This document shows positions 51,977-61,616 of a stretch of 64,000 bases of DNA, one piece after another (position 1 is the stretch's first letter; every line of letters starts with the position of its first letter). A program made the position numbers and the translations under genes. Source of the DNA: a virus; IMG/VR virus record IMGVR_UViG_3300025030_000051, positions 32,001-96,000 of that record. One strand, given 5' to 3'. Below the pieces are notes generated by a model. It did not search any database. It saw nothing but the letters and a program-made list of their open reading frames with translations, and had not been told where the DNA came from.

Positions 51977-53299
51977 TTAATTATTTTTTATTTGTATAAT
52001 AATATCATTTTCACTCAAATTATTAGCCGCTATCCAGCCTCTGTTTTCTGTATAAACTTTATGATTTGGTGTTAGTTTTAATTCTGTATTATCTTCTAAT
52101 ATTAATTTTATAATATTTACATCTTTTCTTGTCAACTCAATCTGTCTTATATTATTATATTCTAATTTTTTATTATTTTCATTAAAAGTTAATATTTTGG
52201 GTTTATTTTTACATTTAATTAATTTATTTATTTTAATGTCACCAATTTCAGTAGTTATAAAAGTATCACCGGTTACGCAAGGATTTGCCCCATCAATTGA
52301 ATTATCACGCTTTTTTCTTCCAAGCTTACCAACTGCTCTTGCTAATTTTAAATTTACTAAACCATAAGGTTCACCATTACCATTATAACTATTCCAAAAC
52401 TCTGGCATTAATTCGTCGTAATCATCTGCTGCAATACTATTATTTGACATTGCTCTCCAAGATGGTACATTTTCCATATCCCATCTTTTAGCTCTAAGAT
52501 ATAAAATATCATCTGGATCACCTATGGCCAACTCAGCGCTTCTCCTGACATTTCCACTTACAACTATCTGTCCAATAATATTAAAAACATCTAACACATC
52601 AATACTTCTTAATCTTTTGCCTTCTCTATTTTTCAATATCGAACAAATATTTTGAATTCCAATATGTAATTCTTCAGGACCTGAAGAAACTCCACCAAAA
52701 CCTTTTATTAATGCTCCTTTGCTTCTAATTAAATCCAATGAATATGAAAATGATTTTCCGTTATTCATAAAAGCTTCTAAAACTTTTTTTAATAATTCAA
52801 CCCAGCCCTCTCTTTTATCTGGAACTATAAAGTCTGCATCTTTAGTATCTTCTCTATATATATTAATATTTTCTTTTATTTTTGGCAATTGATAAACATC
52901 TTCTTTTCTTACAGAAACTCCAACACCACCTCCAAGCATTAATTCTTCCATACCAAAACAAAAATCTTCTATAGTTGATAATTTTGTAAACCAACAGTTT
53001 AATAAACTATCTCCCATGAATTTATCTACTATTTTAGTTCCAAGTTGCCATAAAGCTCTACCAGATAAGCAACATTTTAAATTAAATATATAATCATATA
53101 ATTTTACTAATTCATCGTCTGAAATTTTAAAATTATATTTTTTAATTGCACTTACGCATCTTTGAATTGTTTCATGCCATTCTTCAGTTATATCTTCATT
53201 TTCTTTTAATCTTGCATAAGTTCTTTTATAAACTATATAACCAAGAATAGATCCTGGCCAGTTTTTATTTTCATATTTTTTATATAGATTATCTATCAA
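51977..53299 (-). CDS. nrdJ: Class II ribonucleotide reductase, N-terminal half with 100-aa split-intein IntN
   Basis: YKRTYAR; SGRALW; LLNCW; GNVRRSA; ANP|CVTGDT...LTPNHKV. Confidence 0.93.
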   Translation of the reverse strand: MIDNLYKKYENKNWPGSILGYIVYKRTYARLKENEDITEEWHETIQRCVSAIKKYNFKISDDELVKLYDYIFNLKCCLSGRALWQLGTKIVDKFMGDSLLNCWFTKLSTIEDFCFGMEELMLGGGVGVSVRKEDVYQLPKIKENINIYREDTKDADFIVPDKREGWVELLKKVLEAFMNNGKSFSYSLDLIRSKGALIKGFGGVSSGPEELHIGIQNICSILKNREGKRLRSIDVLDVFNIIGQIVVSGNVRRSAELAIGDPDDILYLRAKRWDMENVPSWRAMSNNSIAADDYDELMPEFWNSYNGNGEPYGLVNLKLARAVGKLGRKKRDNSIDGANPCVTGDTFITTEIGDIKINKLIKCKNKPKILTFNENNKKLEYNNIRQIELTRKDVNIIKLILEDNTELKLTPNHKVYTENRGWIAANNLSENDIIIQIKNN

Positions 53300-53548
53300 A
53301 TATTTTTTTCAATTAATAAATCAATAAGATTGATTTTTGTGTGAGACACAAGTTTAAAATTTATTTTATTTTATTTCTTGATTTTTAAAATTAAGAAATT
53401 AGTTTAAACTAAATCAAAGCCAGTACAGACAGTTTTTATAAACTGTTAAACAATATTAAATGTTAAAGGATAGAATTTCCCATTCAATACTTTTAATCAA
53501 GCCTTGATATATCTATTTATGTTCTCTTTTGAACTAACTAATACTTGA

Positions 53549-53995
53549 TTAAATATTTAGTGTAATATTAAAATTATTTAAAAATTGATATTCTCTATTT
53601 TTAATACTATATATATAATTATTTATTTCTTTAATTACTTTATTAATATTATTTTCTATTTCTTCATTAGTAAATCTTATTAAAAAATTTTTATAATATT
53701 GTTTTAGTTTTATTTCTCTTAAAGTATCTTTAATTTTTTGTTTATCATTTTCATGATATTTTCCATCAACTTCTATAAATAAATAATTTTTATATTTATC
53801 ATTTTTTATAGGAATTGAAAAATCAGGTATATAAAACTTATTTTTATAAGATCCTCTAGGGATAGCTCTTTGAAAGTAAAAAAATATATTTTCTTTTTCT
53901 AACTTACTTTTTAACAACATTTCAGCATTTGTTGCATTTTTTTTTAATTTTTTAGAAAATTGTAAAGCTCTTTTTTTATTATTATTAAATTTCAT
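53549..53995 (-). CDS. DUF559/Vsr-like endonuclease
   Basis: NATNAE..YIPDF..IEVDGKYH..IRFTNEEI. Confidence 0.85.
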   Translation of the reverse strand: MKFNNNKKRALQFSKKLKKNATNAEMLLKSKLEKENIFFYFQRAIPRGSYKNKFYIPDFSIPIKNDKYKNYLFIEVDGKYHENDKQKIKDTLREIKLKQYYKNFLIRFTNEEIENNINKVIKEINNYIYSIKNREYQFLNNFNITLNI

Positions 53996-54500
53996 TTAAA
54001 TTTTTTATTTCTTTTAATTTGATTATTTAAGTGAAACTGTTCGTTTTCTAATTTATGTATTTTCCCTTTAGAAGGTCTACCAAATTTTTTTGATCTTTTT
54101 TTGGTTAATTTATATCTTTTAAAACTATCATATCCTTTATAATTTTCTGTTTTTTCTTTTGAATCTATTAACAATCTTTTATAATTATTTAAACAATTAT
54201 TTATCGTTTCTATAAAGTATTTTTGTTTACTAAATATATCATTATTTGTAAATCTTAATATATTTTTTATTTTATTACTATATTCAATCATTAATGTTTC
54301 TTCTCTTAATTTATCTTTTTCTTTTTGTTCATTATGATATTCTCCATCTATTTCAATAACAGTCTTAATTTTAGGTATATAAAAATCTACTCTATATAGA
54401 ATAAATATTTTTTGGAAAATAAATTTTATTTTATTATCTTCTAATAATTTTTTTGCTATTAATTCAGCTTTAGTTGGATTTTTAATAGCCTCATTTTTCT
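53992..54500 (-). pseudogene. Second DUF559-like endonuclease with a disrupted 5' end
   Basis: Frame upstream of the track ORF reads NPTKAE..YRVDFY..IEIDGEYH..ILRFTN, preceded by an in-frame TAG and no usable start. Confidence 0.7.
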
Positions 54501-54554
54501 ATAAAATGATAATTTATTTATATTTTTCTTTTATTAATAAATATTATTTAAAAT

Positions 54555-55715
54555 TCAATTTTTATCTTTAAAATATTTTTCTTTTAATAATTTTTTTGTT
54601 AAGCTATTTCCATTCATTTTTTCATTCAGAATTTTACCTTGTAAACTATTACTTTCAAAAATTGATAACTTTCCGTTATTTACGTTAAACTGTGCTGGAA
54701 ATCTAATTTTATCTACTCCGAATCTATTCTTAATAATAAAAATTCTTGCTGTTTTTGATTCACTGTCTATTTCTTTTCTTGATACTGAAAAAATAAAATC
54801 ACCAATCATTATTTTAGAATAATCTTCAGATATTTGTTCTCCAACTATTACATCAGATTCAGCACCTGAACGATTAACTTGAGAAACTGTCCAAACTCCA
54901 GTATTAAAATCACCAGACATTCCTCTTAATTCTTCATAAATATTTCCTATTTCTAATCTTTTATCTTTATAAAATCTTGGTGCCTTTAATAAATCACCAT
55001 AATCAACTATAATTAAATCTGGTTTTAATCCAAGTTGAATAGATCTTTCAATATGTGATGTTAAAGTATTTATTGTTGCTCTTTTTGGAGGATATTCTTT
55101 TACTAATAGTTTTCCTTTTTTTTCATTTAAATTATTTAGAGATTTTTCTATTTCAATTTCATTAAACTTTAATTCAGAAACATAAATATCTGTAAATCTA
55201 GAATAGTATCTTTTAGTTATCATTTCTTTACTTAATTCTAAAGTATAATGAAATACTATTTTTCCTTGTTTTAAAGCTTCAGTTCCTATATTGGCAAGTT
55301 GCCATGAATTATGAGATAGTATTTCATTACTATAATAACAATTAACGTCATCTACTTCTAAATCAAATAATATTTGTTTTTTATGAATTATATATTGTTT
55401 TTTTAATGTAGTTATACCATTTTTAGTTTCAATAATATCATTATTATTTATATTTTTTACATATTTCCACTCATTATTTGCCATTATTCTATGTTTGGTT
55501 GATGTCTTTAGTGTTTTTCCATTACTAAAATAATTAATGACAACAAATTTATTTTTTATTGTGAATAATTTATTTATTTTTTTATATCCAAAGGGTGTTA
55601 AAACATTAATTTTAAATGGTAATATATAATTTATTTCTTCATTGTAATTTAAATTACAATTTTTAAATAAATCTACAATCTTAACAGTTTCAGTTTTTTT
55701 TCTAAAATATATCAT
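54555..55715 (-). CDS. gp41/DnaB-like replicative helicase, C-terminal half with 136-aa IntC
   Basis: TSTKH; FDLEV..YYSNEILSHN|SWQL; YTLEL; IIVDYGDL; VSQVNR; KNRFG. Confidence 0.92.
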   Translation of the reverse strand: MIYFRKKTETVKIVDLFKNCNLNYNEEINYILPFKINVLTPFGYKKINKLFTIKNKFVVINYFSNGKTLKTSTKHRIMANNEWKYVKNINNNDIIETKNGITTLKKQYIIHKKQILFDLEVDDVNCYYSNEILSHNSWQLANIGTEALKQGKIVFHYTLELSKEMITKRYYSRFTDIYVSELKFNEIEIEKSLNNLNEKKGKLLVKEYPPKRATINTLTSHIERSIQLGLKPDLIIVDYGDLLKAPRFYKDKRLEIGNIYEELRGMSGDFNTGVWTVSQVNRSGAESDVIVGEQISEDYSKIMIGDFIFSVSRKEIDSESKTARIFIIKNRFGVDKIRFPAQFNVNNGKLSIFESNSLQGKILNEKMNGNSLTKKLLKEKYFKDKN

Positions 55716-56677
55716 TTTAAAAATTTCTTTATTTTTTTTATTATTTCACTTTTATTGTTATACCAATCATCTTCCCAAACAATCATTATTTTATAATTAT
55801 TATTTTCTAATTTTTTTATTCTTTTTTTATCATGTTCCCATATATCTTTTATTTTTTGTTTTGTCATCTTGTGTTTTTCTTCTCCATTTAAAAAATATTT
55901 AGGATTACAATGCCAAAAATCTCCAAAAAATTCTATTATCTTATTTTTATAAAGTATATCTACAGAATAAGCTCTTTCTTTATAAATTTTTATATCAACA
56001 TTTGCCTTTGCTTTTATATTGAAATTTTCACATATATAATTATATAATTCAGCTTCACCCTTGCTTCTTGATACAATAAAATGTTTTGCCCATTTAGTAG
56101 CTCCAATATCTAATATTGTTTTACTAAGTGTAGAACTTATTTTTAATTTTGATATATCTGAATGGTTGTGATTTAAAAATTTAGATGATTTTTTACTATT
56201 TTTTGATTGAAGTTCACAAATAATGTTTTTTGCTTCTTTTTCAGAATAACCCTTTTTAAGCCAGTGTAGTATACTAAGTATACTTTTTTCTTTTTGAATA
56301 ATTTCAATTTGTTTATTTGCTTCTTTTTCAGAATAACCCTTTTTAAGCCAATATTCTATATACCAGTTGCTATTTTGTTTTTGTGTTAAACTAACCATAT
56401 TAGTGGCTTCTTTTTCAGAATAACCCTTTTTAAGCCAATATTGTGGTTTTCTATTTGTAATAACTTTTGTTTTAAACCACTTTTTAAATTCAGGATCTTT
56501 ATACTTATCTCTTATTTTTTGTTTTGTTTCTTCTGTTAATTTTACTATTATTAATTTTAATTCTTTACCGTATTTTTCTTTATATTCATTTCCCCTCATG
56601 TTGTGTTTAAATTTTAAATGTGGGACTAAATTTTTCATTTTTCTATTACATATTTTACAAATTAATAGTTTTTCTAT
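55712..56677 (-). CDS. Endonuclease between the helicase halves (C2H2 finger, three YWLKKGYSEKEA-type repeats, Vsr-like domain); probable ATA start
   Basis: Frame open upstream of the track ATG (CKICNRKMKNLVPHLKFKH) with GGAG-N7-ATA; SKGE..IIEFFGDFWHCNP..VWEDD. Confidence 0.82.
   Translation of the reverse strand: MEKLLICKICNRKMKNLVPHLKFKHNMRGNEYKEKYGKELKLIIVKLTEETKQKIRDKYKDPEFKKWFKTKVITNRKPQYWLKKGYSEKEATNMVSLTQKQNSNWYIEYWLKKGYSEKEANKQIEIIQKEKSILSILHWLKKGYSEKEAKNIICELQSKNSKKSSKFLNHNHSDISKLKISSTLSKTILDIGATKWAKHFIVSRSKGEAELYNYICENFNIKAKANVDIKIYKERAYSVDILYKNKIIEFFGDFWHCNPKYFLNGEEKHKMTKQKIKDIWEHDKKRIKKLENNNYKIMIVWEDDWYNNKSEIIKKIKKFLK
56232..56437. repeat. Three identical 32-bp units at an 87-bp period (coding repeat)
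   Basis: GCTTCTTTTTCAGAATAACCCTTTTTAAGCCA at 56232, 56319 and 56406. Confidence 0.9.
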
Positions 56678-56723
56678 TTGTTTTCTCCATTTTTTATTAA
56701 AAATATAAAGAAAACAAATTTTT

Positions 56724-57500
56724 TTAATGTTTTTCCTGTACCGGGTGTTTCAATTCATAAGCAAACATTGTTTTTTCATCAATTTTTACTATTTCCCATG
56801 GTTTATACCATTTTATTTCATTATCAATTTCTATTCCTATTTCATTATATTGTATATCTATTTTTGTGTTTTTACCAACACATTTTCCCATTCCGGGTGA
56901 CCCAGCAATTATAAATAATTCACCGGTTTTCGAATCCCCAATACCACCTTCTGTTATTTCATTAATAATATCCCACGGAGTTGCTATAGTATTTCTTTTA
57001 GCTTTTTCAAGCATTTCATTTGGAGATTTTTCTAACAACATTAATCCTATATCTCTATCTTGACCTGCTCTTTCGGCCTCCCTAAATCTTATTTTAACAG
57101 CTTCATAATCTCCTTTTTTAATATCGTCAACAGAATTATAAACAGTTAATTTCCAGTTTTGATTAATACAAAATTCAATAAAGTTATCTTTAATATAAGA
57201 TAAATCTTCAGCAGTTTTAAAGTCGTACGATTCTCTTAATTTTTGTACAATGCTTTCTTTAAAGACATCATTCTTTTCACTTTCAATTTCTGCCTTGAAT
57301 ACTTCTAACGTAGGATTTAATTTGTATTTTTTGTAATATTCTTTGATTTTATTCACAATCCACTGACAAGCTTCAGAATCAAAAAATTCTGGTTTTAATA
57401 TGTCTTCAGTTTTAATTAAAAATTTCAAATCATATATAAGGCAGGTAACAACCTTAGATTGATAAACTTGTCCGAAGCGTGTTAAGTTATCTAATTGCAT
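56724..57500 (-). CDS. gp41/DnaB-like helicase, N-terminal half with 52-aa IntN
   Basis: ILKPEFF; ATPW..ITEGG..GELFIIAGSPGMGK|CVGKNTKIDI. Confidence 0.9.
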   Translation of the reverse strand: MQLDNLTRFGQVYQSKVVTCLIYDLKFLIKTEDILKPEFFDSEACQWIVNKIKEYYKKYKLNPTLEVFKAEIESEKNDVFKESIVQKLRESYDFKTAEDLSYIKDNFIEFCINQNWKLTVYNSVDDIKKGDYEAVKIRFREAERAGQDRDIGLMLLEKSPNEMLEKAKRNTIATPWDIINEITEGGIGDSKTGELFIIAGSPGMGKCVGKNTKIDIQYNEIGIEIDNEIKWYKPWEIVKIDEKTMFAYELKHPVQEKH

Positions 57501-57943
57501 GATTTGACAAAAAGTTTTGACTTTTCAAGTAATGAGAATTTTCTTGAAGGCTGTTTTTTATCTACAATCTTACAACCAAATGGATATTGCGGAAAACAAA
57601 TAGAATTAAATCTATTTTTTCCTTTAAATCTTGGAAACCCTGGTATCTGATGTTGTTTGATTCTTCTAAAGAAATTTTTATAGGCATTATCAACAGTTTT
57701 AAGTACATATTGTAAATTTTGAGCAAATATTTCTTTATATTCAGGATAAAATTCTTTAAACTCTGTAAGTTCTTTAGATTGATCATAATAATTAATAGAT
57801 TTACTGTTTATAGATGATTTATATGAATTTATTCTTTGTTCAAGACAAACGTTATAGAGATTTCTACAAAGTTCAAATTGATTGTTTAAAGTTTTTTGAA
57901 TTGTTTTATTTGGGTAGATTCTATATTTGAAAGATTTTCTCAT
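57491..57943 (-). mobile_element. tnpB: Truncated IS200/IS605 TnpB (N-terminal region only, no RuvC)
   Basis: FKYRIYPN..CRNLYN..LEQR..AYKNFF..GFPRFK. Confidence 0.85.
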
Positions 57944-57992
57944 TGCTTAATTATAAAATTTTGAATTTTAATAAACTTTCTATTCGAAAAAT

Positions 57993-59051
57993 TTAACTCT
58001 CTTTTGCAAATTTATTTAAAATAGAAAAATTTGTTGTAATCCATTCATTAATATTCTTAAAAGAATTCCAAATTTTATCGTGTTTGATCAGTTCATAAAT
58101 ATGTATAAGATTTATTTCTGTAATTTTTTTATTAAATAGTTCAGTAATCTTTAATACGGAAGACTTAGGAATATTGTCATTAGAAAGCTTCATAAGCTTA
58201 TAATTCAAAATATATTGGTTTATATTGTCTGATAGTAATCTGAATGCTCTGGCGTCATCTGTGTGATCGTGGGAGTAATCTAGAACGTTATCTACGGTGT
58301 ATTGTTTGTCTTCATTTAAGAAACTAAAATGCTTGTTTATATTCTTAATTCCTAATCCCTTTATTCCCGGTACATTATCACTTTTGTCACCAACCATAGA
58401 TTTATATAAGGCAAAGTTATTTGGACTAACGTTAAATCTTGTTAATACATTTTCTTTTGTGACAACTTCTTTTTTAATAGGATTCCAAACTTTTACTCTA
58501 TCATCAATTAGCTGATAAAAATCTTTATCTGAAGAGATGATAAATAATTCCTGTAGTTCTTTTTTATTTTTACATATATCTATTAAACAGCTTATTGAAT
58601 CATCAGCTTCAATGCTATCTATACATATAAAAGTTATAGGAAGATTTTTTAAATATTGAACAATACGCAATAATTGATATTGCATTTGTTTTCTTTCTTC
58701 TTCTTCATTTTCCCACTTATAAGCTCTGTTTAATCTTGTACCAGATCCACGGTTTTCTTTATAATCAGGAAATATTTTTTTTCTTCTTTTAGAAGAGTCT
58801 TTACCATCTAAAACAATAAAAATACGAGTGGGTCGTAATGCTCTAATAGAAACCCCCAAAGTATGAAGAAAACCGACTATTCCACCAACATGGCGTCCAT
58901 CTTCATTTGTTGTAGGCATTACAACCCAAATTCGTATGAAATTATTTAAACAGTCAACAATTAAAATTCTAGAATTTAAAGTTAAATCTTTTTCTTCTTT
59001 ATGTTCTTTTTCTATTATTTTAAGAAGTTCTTCAAATTTTTCATTCATCAA
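57993..59051 (-). CDS. 5'-3' exonuclease / flap endonuclease (T4 RNase H / PolI N-terminal-like)
   Basis: IVDCLN; YKENR; EADD; SSDKDFYQL; GDKSDNVPGIKGLG. Confidence 0.93.
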   Translation of the reverse strand: MMNEKFEELLKIIEKEHKEEKDLTLNSRILIVDCLNNFIRIWVVMPTTNEDGRHVGGIVGFLHTLGVSIRALRPTRIFIVLDGKDSSKRRKKIFPDYKENRGSGTRLNRAYKWENEEEERKQMQYQLLRIVQYLKNLPITFICIDSIEADDSISCLIDICKNKKELQELFIISSDKDFYQLIDDRVKVWNPIKKEVVTKENVLTRFNVSPNNFALYKSMVGDKSDNVPGIKGLGIKNINKHFSFLNEDKQYTVDNVLDYSHDHTDDARAFRLLSDNINQYILNYKLMKLSNDNIPKSSVLKITELFNKKITEINLIHIYELIKHDKIWNSFKNINEWITTNFSILNKFAKES

Positions 59052-60355
59052 TCTTCTACTGTTTCGTCAATTTCTATTTTAGATTTATCTATATTTTCAG
59101 AATTTCTGTCTACGTATTTCATAATGATTTTATCTGCAAGATTATCATACAACAGCTGTTTCTTTTGTGGATTATTAATTATTAATTCTTCGAAATTTGG
59201 GTTTTGAAATCTTGTCATTTCTAAATCGTTTTCTATCATATACCACCCTTTTACTTCTTTAAATTTATTATCTTTATTTTCTGACTTAGTTTCATCTTCT
59301 AATTTTTTGGCTTTAATAATAGAACCATATTTTTTTCCTGTTTCAAACCAAGTTGTAGAATTATCTAACCCTCTATCAAAATAAACATCATAATCACAAG
59401 ATCTAAAAGATGGACCTAATTTACTTTTTATAACTTTACAGTTACCTCTAATACCAATTATATCAGTGCCACTTTTTAGTTTGCTTATATTTTTTAATCT
59501 CAATCTTAATGATGCATGAAATTGTATTGCCTTTCCGCCTGATGTTGTATACGGATCTCCAAATGTTACTCCAATATTTGATCTTAATTGATTTGTAAAA
59601 ATTAAAGCTATTTTATGATTAGCTATTACTTTACCAATTTTCCTCATAGCTTGTGATAATATTGTTGCCTTTTGAGTAGCAAACCCTTGTTTATCATATG
59701 TTCCCTCATCTTCAACTTTATTTGTTGCACCCATAATAGAGTCAAGAGCAATGGTAACTAATCTATCACTGTTTGCTTTTCTAACACTCTCAATAATGTT
59801 TTCTATAGTCTGGAATGCGTCTTCTATAACTGGTATTGGAGCATAAATCATTTTACCTAAATCTAATCCTATTGCTTTCATAAATTCTCTATCAGCAGAA
59901 TGTTCAGTATCTATTAATACAGGAACTCCATTCTTTTTTTGAGTTTCTAATAATATATGATGAACTAATAAAGACTTGGCTGTGTTATGATTCAACATTC
60001 CATTTCCAAAATAACATTGATCATCATAATTTTTTTCATCTATTACTATATCTACAATTTTATATTTTCCAATATAATTTACTGCTTTTACTAAATGATA
60101 ATTATCGTCATCACATAATATTTTAGTTTCATTTGGTATCAATTCGAGTGTTTTTACCCACCCAGAATTAGTAAAAAATTGATGTTTTTTTGCTACATTT
60201 TGTTTATAGTTATTTTTTAATATAACTTGCCAAGTATCTAATAATCCTTTTTCAATGTATTTTTTTATATATACGTATTCTCCATTTTTTGATTTAACTT
60301 TTATTTTTTTATTTTCTTCAAGTAATTTTTTTATTTCTTTAATTTCTACTTGCAT
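59048..60355 (-). CDS. uvsX: RecA/UvsX recombinase, C-terminal half with 124-aa IntC
   Basis: YFGNGMLNHN|TAKS; IDTE; ALDS; FTNQLR; TTSGGKAIQFHAS. Confidence 0.92.
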   Translation of the reverse strand: MQVEIKEIKKLLEENKKIKVKSKNGEYVYIKKYIEKGLLDTWQVILKNNYKQNVAKKHQFFTNSGWVKTLELIPNETKILCDDDNYHLVKAVNYIGKYKIVDIVIDEKNYDDQCYFGNGMLNHNTAKSLLVHHILLETQKKNGVPVLIDTEHSADREFMKAIGLDLGKMIYAPIPVIEDAFQTIENIIESVRKANSDRLVTIALDSIMGATNKVEDEGTYDKQGFATQKATILSQAMRKIGKVIANHKIALIFTNQLRSNIGVTFGDPYTTSGGKAIQFHASLRLRLKNISKLKSGTDIIGIRGNCKVIKSKLGPSFRSCDYDVYFDRGLDNSTTWFETGKKYGSIIKAKKLEDETKSENKDNKFKEVKGWYMIENDLEMTRFQNPNFEELIINNPQKKQLLYDNLADKIIMKYVDRNSENIDKSKIEIDETVED

Positions 60356-61560
60356 AATTTTAATAATCTTTCTTTCTGTTTTGAATTTAATATAATTAAA
60401 TTATTTTTTATTAAATTTAGAATTTTATTTTTATTTAAAATATTTTTTATATCATAAGTTTCTTCTGTTATATAATTACATTTTAAATTAAATTTGTTAC
60501 AATATTCTTTTAATGCATAAAATTTAAGTTTATTTAAAGATAAATTGATTAATACTTTGGGTTTGATTTCATATATATTGTTTTCTATAATAATGTCTGG
60601 ATTATATGTTTTTTTTGTGTTTTTATATTTAAAGCTTATTCTATGTTTAGATAATGAAAAATTTATATTATTTTCTATTAGATAAATAAAAATTGATAAT
60701 TCTAAAGAACTTCTAAATAAAATTTTTTTACCATTATTAATTAAATGACCAAATATTCCTCTACCTGATAAATATGATGGAGATCTTCCATACATTGAAG
60801 TTCTTTTTGTTTTTCCATATAATTTTTTAAGATGTATATAGTTATGAAATTGATTTATATTTTTTAATTTTAATTTAATGTCTTTAGCAAAATCATTATT
60901 CTTTAATCCATCTATATATATCCCTTTAGCATCATTACTTAATTCTGGTAAAGCATTTTTTCTATCTAAAGCATTTTGATGTAATCTTTGTGCATTTTTT
61001 TTAAATTGATTTTTAGCTTTTATAGCATTTAATATTTTACCATTATTTTTTGCATTTTCAAAAAAATTATAAAATTTTAAATAATTAGTTATAGGAATTG
61101 GACCAATTTTTGTTATTTTGCATATATCAGTTATAGACTTTCCGTTTTTTATTTCTTCTCTAATCAGTTCTCCAAAATTTTTATTAATATTGTTGAATCT
61201 TTTTATTCTTTTTAATTTTTGATATTTTTTTAATTTTATAGATTTATTTCTTTTGTTTGTACCATTTAATTTGTTCTCTAATTTAAGTTTTGTTTCATCT
61301 TTGGATATTTTAAATCTTTTTTTTAGTGTTTTTTCATATATATTATAAAAATTATATTCTTTGACTGTTTGTAAAATTATTCTTTCATTTTTTATATTAA
61401 AAATTTTTGCTATTTCAAATCTATTTTTTCCTTCTATCAGTAAGTTTTTAATTTTATTCCAATTATCAAATTTAAATTTACAAATATGATAATGCGAATT
61501 ATAATTATTTTTACTAATTATTTTATTACACAATTCACATTTTATATAATTTACTATCAA
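60346..61560 (-). CDS. TnsA-like PD-(D/E)XK endonuclease between the UvsX halves
   Basis: FRSSLEL..YNPDII..YEIKP..ITEE; N-terminal CELC..H..C finger. Confidence 0.8.
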   Translation of the reverse strand: MIVNYIKCELCNKIISKNNYNSHYHICKFKFDNWNKIKNLLIEGKNRFEIAKIFNIKNERIILQTVKEYNFYNIYEKTLKKRFKISKDETKLKLENKLNGTNKRNKSIKLKKYQKLKRIKRFNNINKNFGELIREEIKNGKSITDICKITKIGPIPITNYLKFYNFFENAKNNGKILNAIKAKNQFKKNAQRLHQNALDRKNALPELSNDAKGIYIDGLKNNDFAKDIKLKLKNINQFHNYIHLKKLYGKTKRTSMYGRSPSYLSGRGIFGHLINNGKKILFRSSLELSIFIYLIENNINFSLSKHRISFKYKNTKKTYNPDIIIENNIYEIKPKVLINLSLNKLKFYALKEYCNKFNLKCNYITEETYDIKNILNKNKILNLIKNNLIILNSKQKERLLKLCK

Positions 61561-61616
61561 AAAATTTCTCCATATACTTATTTTTATTATTATATAAATA
61601 TATGGATTTTGAAATT

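Noticed and set aside
53300-53548. Cobalamin riboswitch upstream of nrdJ
   Set aside because: Conserved B12-box and core motifs not found
56232-56437. CRISPR-like array (three 32-bp repeats, 55-bp spacers)
   Set aside because: The 87-bp period is in frame and encodes WLKKGYSEKEA repeats inside an endonuclease ORF; non-palindromic, and no cas operon nearby
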